Shown: positions 26,853 to 34,715, numbered from the stretch's first letter. The stretch: 35,313 nucleotides of DNA from a virus (IMGVR_UViG_3300032074_000021:1-35313), one strand, 5' to 3'. Made by a program: numbers and translations. The notes: generated by a model from the letters alone, not told the origin.

Positions 26853-26858
26853 ATCGTA
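26853..26858 (-). promoter_or_regulatory. -10 box TACGAT, leaderless start of terL
   Basis: 6 nt upstream of GTG 26846; no RBS. Confidence 0.45.
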
Positions 26859-26899
26859 CGGTTGGCCGATCTGGCTAGGATGCGCCGAAGCGCCAGGGA

Positions 26900-27436
26900 T
26901 CAGGCGGAGCCGAGGTTGACCCCGGTGAAGACGCAGGCGTCGCCTGCTGCGGCGTTGATCGTGCGCAGGTTGTTGGTGGTGCTGCGCCCCAGCAGCCGCA
27001 GCCGCACCGTGCCATCTGCTCCGAGGTCCTCGTCCTTGACCACGTAGAAGAGCGCCCCGGAGATCGGGGAGAAGCTGGTGTCGCTGTTGGGCGTCTGCCA
27101 GCCCACCGCGCCCTCGCCGGCGGCGCCCGATCCCGAGCAGTAGCTGACCACCTGCTGGCCGACCACGGTGCCTACCTCCAGGTGCAGCCAGCCCACCCCG
27201 GACTCGGCCCGGGCGTTGAGGCTGACCATCAGCAGGTCGCCGACCGCGGCCTGCAGCACCAGGTCCAGCCCGTCCGCCGGGTCCAGCCTGGTCCAGCCGG
27301 TGTCGCCGGGCTTGGGCCGGGCGGTGGTGACCGCCTTCAGGTCGCTGCCGCGCATGCCGCCCAAGGAGCCGGTCATGGCGTGCGACTCGCGCCGGGAGAG
27401 GCCGGCCTTGATCAAGCTGTTGACTACCTCGGACAT
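26900..27436 (-). CDS. Hypothetical protein, beta-rich, possibly a minor virion protein
   Basis: 178 aa, GAGGAG RBS; followed by GCGC-TTCG-GCGC hairpin at 26882-26893. Confidence 0.65.
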   Translation of the reverse strand: MSEVVNSLIKAGLSRRESHAMTGSLGGMRGSDLKAVTTARPKPGDTGWTRLDPADGLDLVLQAAVGDLLMVSLNARAESGVGWLHLEVGTVVGQQVVSYCSGSGAAGEGAVGWQTPNSDTSFSPISGALFYVVKDEDLGADGTVRLRLLGRSTTNNLRTINAAAGDACVFTGVNLGSA

Positions 27437-27464
27437 GCTCGCTCCTCGCGCTATGCTTCCGGCT

Positions 27465-27594
27465 GCCCCGGTGGTGGCGACAAGAGGGCAGGGTCCTCTG
27501 GGAAGTGATGCACCCTAGCTTTCACCGGGGCGCCAGATGTGCGGTGAGGCCCCCGGGCCCGCCAGCGGAGGGCTAACCCGAACCCAGGGGCCTC
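27465..27594 (+). ncRNA. Candidate structured small RNA in an intergenic gap
   Basis: TATGCT at 27452-27457; stem 27465-27473/27523-27531; stem 27546-27557/27583-27594. Confidence 0.3.
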
Positions 27595-27676
27595 GAGAAC
27601 GAAGGCTACCCGCGGCAGTGCCCCAGCGGGCAGCACCAGCACCGCAAGCCGTGGGCGCGTCGGCAGCTCGGCCCGC

Positions 27677-28126
27677 TCAGCGGCTCGGCTTGGGCGCGTA
27701 GGTGGTCAGCCCGGCCGGCAGCGCTCGTGGCACTAGCGCCTCGAACTCCGACTCGTCCCAGCGCAGCATCCCCTCGTCGTCCAGGAACCACCACGAGCGC
27801 TGGTCGGCCCAGCGCATGTGCGCGCTGACCTCGCGCGGGTCCTGGTGCCCCTGCAGCCACAGCCCCTCCTCCATCGCCCAGGCTGGGTGGGACTCCACCC
27901 AGCCGTGACAGCCCGTGGTCCCCGACCCGCAGGCGGCCAGCAGGTTGGACGGCGCCCAGCTGCCGCCGTGGCTGCGCTTGAGCCGGTGGTGCACGCTGTG
28001 CTGCGGGCCCAAGCAGACGTTGGGCACCGCGAGCTCGCAGCGCCCGCCCGAGCGCTGGCCCACGATCACCCGGGCCCGCTGCTCGGTGACGAAGGCGGCG
28101 CGCTCAGCGGTGCCAGTAGGTGCCAC
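27677..28126 (-). CDS. HNH endonuclease
   Basis: RSGGRCE...C...HHRLKRSHGG...SNLL..CG.G.TGCHGW; GTG 28126 after GGGAG (alternative TTG 28144). Confidence 0.85.
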   Translation of the reverse strand: MAPTGTAERAAFVTEQRARVIVGQRSGGRCELAVPNVCLGPQHSVHHRLKRSHGGSWAPSNLLAACGSGTTGCHGWVESHPAWAMEEGLWLQGHQDPREVSAHMRWADQRSWWFLDDEGMLRWDESEFEALVPRALPAGLTTYAPKPSR

Positions 28127-28262
28127 GACGCTCCCAGGCGGCAAGCACCACGCCGGCCACGATCAGCAGCACGCTGATCACCAGCCCCAGGGTGAGCACC
28201 TTCACCAGCCCCAGGATGCCGAGCAGGATCAGGGCTACAGCAGCAAGCAGGATCATGGTCAT
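28104..28262 (-). CDS. Small two-TM membrane protein, possible holin-like
   Basis: About 52 aa, almost entirely hydrophobic with a basic C-tail; follows the endolysin; start 28262 or 28256. Confidence 0.6.
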   Translation of the reverse strand: MTMILLAAVALILLGILGLVKVLTLGLVISVLLIVAGVVLAAWERRGTYWHR

Positions 28263-28306
28263 CTCTTCCTGGTCAGCACGGCGGCTCACTCGAGCGCCGT
28301 GGTCGG

Positions 28307-28906
28307 TTACAGCCCCAGCGCCCGCAGCGTGGCCGGGCCGACGATGCCGTCCTGCACCAGGCGCGAGCGCTTCTGGAACTGCAGCACCACCGAGCGGGTG
28401 GCCGGGCCGAAGTCACCGTCGACGACGAGCCGGGAGTAGAGCGGGTAGTAGGTGTTCAGCCGGGTCTGCAGGGCGCGCACCTGCGAGCCGGTGCTGCCCA
28501 GCTGCATGGTGGCGCGGATCGGGACCGGGTCGGTGTGGGTGACCGGCGGCAGGATCCGGGTGGCGTCCAGGAAGCCGTACATCTTCACCGTGCGCACGAC
28601 CATGCCGGGCTTGGGCGACTCGATCACGATGCCGTTGCCGGCGTACATGAAGATGTGCCCGACGAAGGGGCGGATCAGGTCGCCGGGCAGCAGGTTGGAC
28701 TGCTGGACCGGGGTACCGATCTGGATCATGTGGGCGGAGTCGGTGCGCACCCAGCGGTGGCCCGCGGCGCGGTAGGCCCAGTAGCACAGCCCGGAGCAGT
28801 CGAAGGTGGAGGGCCCGGCAGCGCCGAAGACGTACTGGTCGCCCAGCCGGGTCTTGGCCTGGGCCAGCGCGGCCAGCGCGACCGGGTTGGCGGTCACCGT
28901 GGTCAT
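28307..28906 (-). CDS. Endolysin: NlpC/P60 peptidase plus peptidoglycan-binding domain
   Basis: YVFGAAGPSTFDCSGL (catalytic Cys), GHIFMY (His); C-terminal GSTG..V..LQ..L...VDGDFGP.T...V..FQ....L..DGIVGP.T. Confidence 0.9.
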   Translation of the reverse strand: MTTVTANPVALAALAQAKTRLGDQYVFGAAGPSTFDCSGLCYWAYRAAGHRWVRTDSAHMIQIGTPVQQSNLLPGDLIRPFVGHIFMYAGNGIVIESPKPGMVVRTVKMYGFLDATRILPPVTHTDPVPIRATMQLGSTGSQVRALQTRLNTYYPLYSRLVVDGDFGPATRSVVLQFQKRSRLVQDGIVGPATLRALGL

Positions 28907-29034
28907 CAGAGCTCGTCCTGCTCGTCGTCGGGCTTGCCATCGCGCTCGGGGATCTGGCCCTCTGGCTGGTCGTTGGCCGGGTTGTAATCGGGGTCCTGCT
29001 GGTAGGGACCCGGGTCGCTGGTGTCGATGCTCAT
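28906..29034 (-). CDS. Small acidic peptide (42 aa)
   Basis: ATG 7 nt after TACGAT; stop overlaps the endolysin start (TGATG). Confidence 0.55.
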   Translation of the reverse strand: MSIDTSDPGPYQQDPDYNPANDQPEGQIPERDGKPDDEQDEL

Positions 29035-29041
29035 GGCCCGC

Positions 29042-29047
29042 ATCGTA
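29042..29047 (-). promoter_or_regulatory. -10 box TACGAT, leftward (late) promoter
   Basis: At the strand-divergence point, directly upstream of the first minus-strand gene. Confidence 0.5.
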
Positions 29048-29054
29048 GCCGCCC

Positions 29055-29084
29055 TTGACCCGCTTGGGCATGAGGTAGTACTAT
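29055..29084 (+). promoter_or_regulatory. SigA/HrdB-type rightward promoter
   Basis: TTGACC-N18-TACTAT upstream of the plus-strand gene cluster. Confidence 0.65.
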
Positions 29085-29092
29085 TACCACCC

Positions 29093-29153
29093 GAACCCCC
29101 TGGGTGAAGTGTGTGCGGCCGGACCCGCAGATGCCTCGCCCAGGGGGTTCTTT
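29093..29153 (+). promoter_or_regulatory. Promoter-proximal long hairpin (leader/attenuator or sRNA)
   Basis: GAACCCCCTGGG 29093-29104 pairs perfectly with CCCAGGGGGTTC 29139-29150, followed by TTT. Confidence 0.6.
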
Positions 29154-29184
29154 GCTGTGCCCACAACCCGAACAGGAGACGCCG

Positions 29185-29400
29185 ATGAGCAAGTACGACT
29201 ACGAGGCGAGCAAGAAGATCGTCGAGGCCGACCCGCCCTTCTACGCCATCATCATGGCCGCCATGCGCAGGGCCGATACGGACAATGCCGTGAAGCTGCG
29301 CAACGCCTTCCCGGAGGTGTGGGTCGAGCAGCGGCTGCGCTACAACGCCCCGGGTGGCTACCTGGCGGGCGACCCCGGCTACGAGCAGGACAGACCATGA
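29185..29400 (+). CDS. Hypothetical phage protein
   Basis: AGGAG RBS; 71 aa; PPFYAIIMAAMRRADTDN. Confidence 0.75.
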   Translation: MSKYDYEASKKIVEADPPFYAIIMAAMRRADTDNAVKLRNAFPEVWVEQRLRYNAPGGYLAGDPGYEQDRP

Positions 29401-29759
29401 AGGTCACCTCGATCGACGTCTCGCTGGTGCCGCTGTTCAGCCGGGCGCACGACCAGCTGGTGGGCTGGCTGAGCGAGGTCGGCATCGACCCGATGTGGGT
29501 CACCTTGGACAAGCCGATCCAGATCGTCGAGGACAAGATGATCTGCTTCGTCGAGATCCACCACGACCAGCACGGCACCGTGATCAGTGGCGCCACCGGC
29601 GCCCCGGTCAAGCACCGGGTGGCCCTGGCCGTGGACCACCTGCCCACCCTGCCGCCGCTGGTGGCCCAGCTGTGCACCGAGGAGGAGGTCGAGCAGGTCT
29701 GGCCGCTGGAGGCCGGTCAGGAGAGCCCAACCACGAAGAGGAAGAGAGGACGCAGATGA
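29397..29759 (+). CDS. Hypothetical protein
   Basis: ATGA overlap; 120 aa. Confidence 0.7.
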   Translation: MKVTSIDVSLVPLFSRAHDQLVGWLSEVGIDPMWVTLDKPIQIVEDKMICFVEIHHDQHGTVISGATGAPVKHRVALAVDHLPTLPPLVAQLCTEEEVEQVWPLEAGQESPTTKRKRGRR

Positions 29760-30130
29760 GTAGTACCAAGGACGACCAGGCGGCCGAGATAGCCCGGCTG
29801 ACCCGACAGGTGGAGCGCGTCGAGGCGCTGGCGGACGAGTGGAGCGCCAGTGGAGTTCGGCGTTACTGGCATCAAGACCCGGTAGTGCGTGAGTGCTGGG
29901 ATACCGCCCACAGGGAACTGCGCGCCGCGCTGTCCGGCACCACCAGCGAGGAGTTGCCGCACGGCCTGTGCGGGAACCGCGAGCAGCACGAGCCACACGC
30001 CCACCACAGCCCGGGCCTCGGACCCTTCTGGTGCGACGCCAACGAGGGAGAGCGCCTGCCCTACGCAGCCGAGCAGCGCAGGACCGCCCGCGAGAACCAC
30101 ACCACCACCACCAACGAGGAGAAGCACTGA
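29756..30130 (+). CDS. Hypothetical protein with C-terminal Cys/His cluster
   Basis: ATGA overlap; 124 aa; C...H..H.H...WC. Confidence 0.65.
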   Translation: MSSTKDDQAAEIARLTRQVERVEALADEWSASGVRRYWHQDPVVRECWDTAHRELRAALSGTTSEELPHGLCGNREQHEPHAHHSPGLGPFWCDANEGERLPYAAEQRRTARENHTTTTNEEKH

Positions 30131-30612
30131 TGCCCACCAACATGAACCGCGTCTGCCCCGAGTGTGAGCAGGGCAAGCACGGCAACTGCGACGGCGACGC
30201 CTGGGACTTCCAGCGCGACGAACGAAGCGGGTGCGCCTGCGCCGAGCACAAGCACGACCCGGCCGAGTCCGGCGAGGTGAGCGCGGCCGAGCTGGAGGAG
30301 TACTGGAGGGACCTGGCCGCGCAGGTGCAGACCGGGCTGCTGCCCAAGCTGGAGGGGTCGGCGGCGACCATCTCCTTGGTCCCCAAGGACGGCCAGTCCG
30401 ACGTGAAGTTCGCCGTCGAGCTCGGCTTCTCGATCATGCTGAACAAGCCGATCATCGCCCTGGCCACCGATGGCAACGACGTGCCGCCGGGGCTGGCCCG
30501 GGTGGCCGACGAGGTGGTGGTGGCCGACCTGGCTGCCGACCCCGAAGGCGCCCAGAAGCTGCTCATGGAGGCGGTCGAGCGGGTGCTCAATGCGCGCGAG
30601 GGGCAGGGCTGA
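30130..30612 (+). CDS. Hypothetical protein: N-terminal Zn-finger plus nucleoside-deoxyribosyltransferase-like fragment
   Basis: CPEC..GKH.NC...CAC..H; ELGFSIMLNKPIIAL. Confidence 0.55.
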   Translation: MPTNMNRVCPECEQGKHGNCDGDAWDFQRDERSGCACAEHKHDPAESGEVSAAELEEYWRDLAAQVQTGLLPKLEGSAATISLVPKDGQSDVKFAVELGFSIMLNKPIIALATDGNDVPPGLARVADEVVVADLAADPEGAQKLLMEAVERVLNAREGQG

Positions 30613-30866
30613 TGGCCGGCTCCTGGGACCACATGGTCGATGACGCCGGCCAGTTCACCGGCACCACGGCACTGGAGAACCTCGGCGACTGCTACGAGGC
30701 GCTTGAGCAGTGCTACGGGATGGTCTGGTACCTGGTCTCGCGGATGACCGACGACGACCGGCTGGGCTCCTTCGCGCTGATCGAGGCTGCCCGCGCCCAC
30801 TCCCGCGACGGGATCGCCCGCAGCCCCGGGCTGGCCGAGCGGCGCTACTTCGGGCAGGAGGGGTAG
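30612..30866 (+). CDS. Hypothetical protein
   Basis: TGATG overlap; 84 aa. Confidence 0.65.
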   Translation: MAGSWDHMVDDAGQFTGTTALENLGDCYEALEQCYGMVWYLVSRMTDDDRLGSFALIEAARAHSRDGIARSPGLAERRYFGQEG

Positions 30867-30868
30867 CG

Positions 30869-31306
30869 ATGGCGATCGAGATCCCGATGCTCCCCGAGAT
30901 CCAGGCCCGCTACGACTGGCTCTGGACGGCGGTGGCCCGCTTCGGCAGCCCGAGCGTGCACCCGGTGGGCTACTCCTGGACCACCCACCCGCAGGCGCTG
31001 TGCCGGGTGCAGACCTGGGACTGGCACGGTGAGGACGGGCTCAGCCACGGGTTGCGCTTCGAGGACTACGGCGGGCGGGTGCGCACCGTCATCTGGCGCA
31101 CCGGCTCGCGGCTGTTCCCGCGGGACGACTCGCTGGTCCGGCTGGAGCTGGAGAGCGCGACCATCCCCGACAGCGAGCGGATCCGCAAGCTGTTCGAGGT
31201 GGTCTGGGGCCCGGCCGGCGCCCCGCTGCACTGCACCGACTGTCACACCGGGTCCTGCTGGCATACCGGCGGCTGCCCAGAATGCGCCGGGCCGGAGGAG
31301 GGCTGA
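30869..31306 (+). CDS. Hypothetical protein with C-terminal Cys cluster
   Basis: AGGAGGG RBS; 145 aa; CxxC...C...CxxC. Confidence 0.65.
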   Translation: MAIEIPMLPEIQARYDWLWTAVARFGSPSVHPVGYSWTTHPQALCRVQTWDWHGEDGLSHGLRFEDYGGRVRTVIWRTGSRLFPRDDSLVRLELESATIPDSERIRKLFEVVWGPAGAPLHCTDCHTGSCWHTGGCPECAGPEEG

Positions 31307-31650
31307 TGGAGCGACCGGTGGTGGTGTATCCGCCAGACCCAGGCTTCGTCGACCCGGCCTACGCCGATGTAGCCGGCTGGCTACGCGAGGCGCTGAAGGA
31401 CCCGGACCGACACGACGTGGTGGTCAACCTGCCCGAGGCAGGAGAGCTCGCCGCGCCCTGGGAAAGCCTCTGGCCGATGAGCCGGGCCACCAAGCTCGTG
31501 CTGTTGCACAAGCAGGTGGCCATAGGGCTGGCGCCCTACGTCGGGCAGCCGTTCCTCTACGTCTGGTCGGTCTGGATGGGCAAGGACGGACCGGCACTGG
31601 CCGGGCCGGCCGTGATCAATCACGTCCCACCCCGGGCGCCCCGCCGGTGA
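31306..31650 (+). CDS. Hypothetical protein
   Basis: GGAGGAGG RBS, TGATG overlap; 114 aa. Confidence 0.65.
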   Translation: MERPVVVYPPDPGFVDPAYADVAGWLREALKDPDRHDVVVNLPEAGELAAPWESLWPMSRATKLVLLHKQVAIGLAPYVGQPFLYVWSVWMGKDGPALAGPAVINHVPPRAPRR

Positions 31651-31988
31651 GCCGCTACACCCGCACCGGCTGGCGCAAGGTGCCGTTGCCCGCGGCGCTG
31701 TACCCGGTGATGCCCACCGCCAGCAACTACCAGAAGGAGGTCGCCGATGGGCACCTGAACCTGATCATCGACGTCGAGGACGGGCTGTTCCACCTGTCCA
31801 TCAGCCACCGGGTCGACGGCCCGGACGGCAAGACCCGGCCCGGGCGCTACCCGAGCTGGGATGAGATCTACGAGGCGAGGTATGAGTTCTGCCCGCCCAA
31901 GGCAACCATGGCAATGTACCTGCCGACCAAGGAGGAGTACGTGAACATCCACCCCACCACCTTCCACCTGTGGGAGGTCTCCCAGTGA
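31647..31988 (+). CDS. Conserved phage protein (DUF7694-like)
   Basis: GTGA overlap; HLSISH...RYPSWDE...LP..EEYVNIHP..FHLW motif. Confidence 0.65.
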   Translation: MSRYTRTGWRKVPLPAALYPVMPTASNYQKEVADGHLNLIIDVEDGLFHLSISHRVDGPDGKTRPGRYPSWDEIYEARYEFCPPKATMAMYLPTKEEYVNIHPTTFHLWEVSQ

Positions 31989-32209
31989 ACGGGCCCGAGC
32001 ACTACCAGGCAGCCGAGCAGCTGCTGGCGCGCGCCGGGGACATGTACGACCACTACGGCAAGGAGTGGTTCGGCGTGGTCGGTCTGGCCCAGGTGCACGC
32101 CAGCCTGGCCCAGACCGCGGCCATCGCCACCATGTCTGGACCCCAGTCCGCGTGGGGCGACAAGGCCAGGTGGAACCCGGTGCTTCGACCGAGCAAGCCC
32201 GAGGAGTGA
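31985..32209 (+). CDS. Hypothetical actinophage protein
   Basis: GTGA overlap; GPEHY..AE.LL...AQVHA.LA. Confidence 0.7.
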   Translation: MNGPEHYQAAEQLLARAGDMYDHYGKEWFGVVGLAQVHASLAQTAAIATMSGPQSAWGDKARWNPVLRPSKPEE

Positions 32210-32400
32210 GGCACCTGCACCCGGTCCACGACCACGAGCCGGTGCGGGTCATCGACAAGCTCGGCCCGATGCTCGCGGACGGCTTCGGCGGGGTCAGCGC
32301 CCCGGTGCTGGAGTCGCACTACGAGTGCAGGACCTGCAAGCAGCACCTACCCAAGGAGGAGAGCATTGAGCAAGGACTTCCCCGGCCGGAGCAAGGCTAG
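32206..32400 (+). CDS. Hypothetical protein with His/CxxC motif
   Basis: GTGA overlap after GAGGAG; 64 aa. Confidence 0.5.
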   Translation: MRHLHPVHDHEPVRVIDKLGPMLADGFGGVSAPVLESHYECRTCKQHLPKEESIEQGLPRPEQG

Positions 32401-32572
32401 GCACGGCACGGACGCCGGCTTCCAGGCACACAAGCGCTACGGCTCGGTCGTGTGCGCGGACTGCCGGGAGGCGCACAACAAGGCGTGCCGCGAGCTCATG
32501 CGCAAGATCTACGACCCGGCCAAGCGCCGGGCCCGCTACCTGGCCAGCAAGCAGGCGGCGGCTCGTGGCTGA
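32366..32572 (+). CDS. Small basic Zn-binding protein (HGT...H...CxxC)
   Basis: TTG after AAGGAGG; HGTDAGFQAHKR...CADCREAH. Confidence 0.65.
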   Translation: MSKDFPGRSKARHGTDAGFQAHKRYGSVVCADCREAHNKACRELMRKIYDPAKRRARYLASKQAAARG

Positions 32573-32762
32573 GCACCGCCGGATCACCCCCGAGAACGTG
32601 GCGCTGTGGGCCGAGCTGGCCCACGGGCTGGCCAAGGCAGTGGCTCACGTGGCCAGCGGAGCCGAGGCGCTCACCCACCAGATCAAGACGCTGACCGCCG
32701 GGCTCGAGGAACACACCACCCACCACCCCCATCCCAAGTCGATCGAAGGAGAGCAGGAATGA
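32565..32762 (+). CDS. Hypothetical protein
   Basis: 65 aa, overlaps both neighbours. Confidence 0.55.
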   Translation: MAEHRRITPENVALWAELAHGLAKAVAHVASGAEALTHQIKTLTAGLEEHTTHHPHPKSIEGEQE

Positions 32763-33406
32763 GCACCAAGCACACGCACACCCAGCACGCGAGCACCAAG
32801 GGCGCGAGCACCAAGACCGAGGAGAGCGCCGTCGTCCTGCTGGCCGACGCGCTGGATGAGCTGATCGCGAACTGGAAGGAGCGTGGCGGCCTCTGGGCCG
32901 AGGCGGCCGAGGAGCTCTACCAGGCGGCGCACCCGAAGAACGTCCAAGGCATGCGCTGGCACGTCTTCGCCGGCACCGGCGACACCGGCATGATCTGGCA
33001 GGCAGTGGCCGTGGGGCCGACCACGCTGGGCGCCGACAGCCTGGTGGCCGGGACCGAGTACTCCGGGCTGGCCGATGAGGGCGCCGACCCGGACAGCTTC
33101 CGGGTGCGCGACCTGCGCGCCCCGCACCTGGTCGAGGGCCGGATGCCCTGGGTGGCCTCCTTCGACCACGAGCCGACCCATGAGGACCTGGACGGGCTGG
33201 AGCCGGCCAAGCGGGAGGGCAGGCGGGCCCTTCGCCTCACGCAGGTGGACGGCGAGGTGACCGGCATCGAGATGCTGGTCGGCGGTGAGGGAGGCGAGGT
33301 CCAGCGCTTCGACATCCACTCAGATGAGATGGGCCAGTTCGCCACCGACCTGCTGGGGCGCGCCAGCGGCAAGTTCAACGAGAGCCACGAGGAAGGTGAG
33401 CGGTGA
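32759..33406 (+). CDS. Hypothetical protein
   Basis: ATG 32759 (ATGA overlap) after AAGGAG; 215 aa. Confidence 0.7.
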   Translation: MSTKHTHTQHASTKGASTKTEESAVVLLADALDELIANWKERGGLWAEAAEELYQAAHPKNVQGMRWHVFAGTGDTGMIWQAVAVGPTTLGADSLVAGTEYSGLADEGADPDSFRVRDLRAPHLVEGRMPWVASFDHEPTHEDLDGLEPAKREGRRALRLTQVDGEVTGIEMLVGGEGGEVQRFDIHSDEMGQFATDLLGRASGKFNESHEEGER

Positions 33407-33852
33407 GCCAGCACGTAGAGCGCGAGAGCGCGCCCAAGCAGACCCAGAGCCCCTACAGCGTGCTGCTGGAGTACGACCGGGAGCACTGGACGGCCCGGCT
33501 CAACCATCCCGAGGACGGCCCGGCCGAGCACCCGATGGGGTTGGGCATAGACCCGCTGGAGGCGGTGACCGACCTGGCCTTCGCGCTGGCCGAGCACCAC
33601 GACGGTGACGCGGGGCGGCTGCGGCACGAGGCGCACTGGCTGCGTGCCAAGGTCGATGAGCTGCAGCTGGAGCTGGCCCAGGTGGTCGCCGCGGCCGGCG
33701 GCGAGGTCACCTTCTTCCCGGCGCCGCGCGGCATGCGCGGGTTCCACCAGATCGCCGTGGAGGAGCTGTACCGGATCCATCGACAGGTCGACACCAAGCA
33801 GGGCAGCATGACGATCACGGTCAGCGCCCTGACCGACCGGCCCGACCAGTGA
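33403..33852 (+). CDS. Hypothetical protein
   Basis: GTGA overlap; 149 aa with central coiled coil. Confidence 0.65.
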   Translation: MSQHVERESAPKQTQSPYSVLLEYDREHWTARLNHPEDGPAEHPMGLGIDPLEAVTDLAFALAEHHDGDAGRLRHEAHWLRAKVDELQLELAQVVAAAGGEVTFFPAPRGMRGFHQIAVEELYRIHRQVDTKQGSMTITVSALTDRPDQ

Positions 33853-33861
33853 GGTTCCACT

Positions 33862-34173
33862 GTGCTGCACGCGCTCACCCCGCTAGGCCACGGCATCATC
33901 GCTGCGGCGATGTTCTTGGTCTACTTCGGGCTGGCCTGGCTGCTCATCCTGTGGGTGGAGCAGCGGACCAAGCAGCCCGCCCACCGGGACACCGGCCGCT
34001 GCCAGATCACCGGCTGCGTGGGACCGGGGCAGACCCGGCTCTACCTGGACGGGCGCTGGCGTTGGGTGTGCCGGACCTGCCACGAGGAGGTGCTGGGCGT
34101 GCTGGCCGAGGTCAACGGCCTGTTCGGGCGGCCGCTGCAGCTACGTCGCAGGAGCCGTCATGCAGGTAGGTGA
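33862..34173 (+). CDS. Membrane-anchored Zn-ribbon protein
   Basis: N-terminal TM followed by C.I.GC...VCxxC. Confidence 0.6.
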   Translation: MLHALTPLGHGIIAAAMFLVYFGLAWLLILWVEQRTKQPAHRDTGRCQITGCVGPGQTRLYLDGRWRWVCRTCHEEVLGVLAEVNGLFGRPLQLRRRSRHAGR

Positions 34174-34360
34174 GAACGTGCTGTCCTGCCCGGCCTGCTG
34201 GTCCTGGCAGCTGCACTACACCTCGCAGGTGGCGCTGCAGTGGCGCTCGCTGGAGGCCTTCGAGGAGATGCTCGAGCAGGTGGTGCGTGAGCACGTAGCC
34301 CGCGAGTGCCCGGCACCCCAGCTGGTGCTGGCGCTGGCGAGGAACCGCCGCTTGCTATAA
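34160..34360 (+). CDS. Hypothetical protein (CxxC...H...C)
   Basis: AGGAG RBS; 66 aa. Confidence 0.6.
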   Translation: MQVGENVLSCPACWSWQLHYTSQVALQWRSLEAFEEMLEQVVREHVARECPAPQLVLALARNRRLL

Positions 34361-34368
34361 GATATACC

Positions 34369-34448
34369 CAAGAGCCCCCGACAGGACTCTGCTCGAAAGC
34401 TGCTCCAGCAGCCGTAGGTCAGTTCCCCCCTCCTGTCGGGGGCTCTTG
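34369..34448 (+). promoter_or_regulatory. 18-bp perfect inverted repeat just downstream of a -10-like box (leader hairpin/terminator)
   Basis: CAAGAGCCCCCGACAGGA 34369-34386 / TCCTGTCGGGGGCTCTTG 34431-34448; TAAGAT at 34358-34363. Confidence 0.65.
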
Positions 34449-34478
34449 CATGTCCCCACCCACCATCAAGGAGAAGCG

Positions 34479-34715
34479 ATGTACGCAGACCAGAAGTACC
34501 TGAGCGACTACGACCTGCTGCGCAACGCGCTGGCAGCGCTGAACGACATCGACCTGCGCCGCTATCGCGGCATCAGCAAGCAGGAGACCAAGCACTACAT
34601 GATCGAGGCCAGGGTGGCCGTGGCCGGTGCCATCGCCGAGCTGTCGGCGATCCCGGAGATGAACCTGACCGAGCAGCAGGCGGAGAAGGTCCTAGACCCT
34701 GCCGGTGCGCTGTGA
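34479..34715 (+). CDS. Hypothetical protein
   Basis: AAGGAG RBS; 78 aa. Confidence 0.7.
   Translation: MYADQKYLSDYDLLRNALAALNDIDLRRYRGISKQETKHYMIEARVAVAGAIAELSAIPEMNLTEQQAEKVLDPAGAL

Noticed and set aside
26900-27436. Terminase small subunit
   Set aside because: The position fits, but the sequence looks beta-rich with no helical HTH or coiled-coil character.
27465-27535. Canonical tRNA gene
   Set aside because: It has an acceptor-like stem and CCA but no TTC T-loop, no proper D arm and no U33; kept only as a candidate structured RNA.
29379-33870. Minus-strand ORFs over the early region (29379..30800, 32917..33870)
   Set aside because: Shadows of the tightly coupled plus-strand genes, which have good RBSs.
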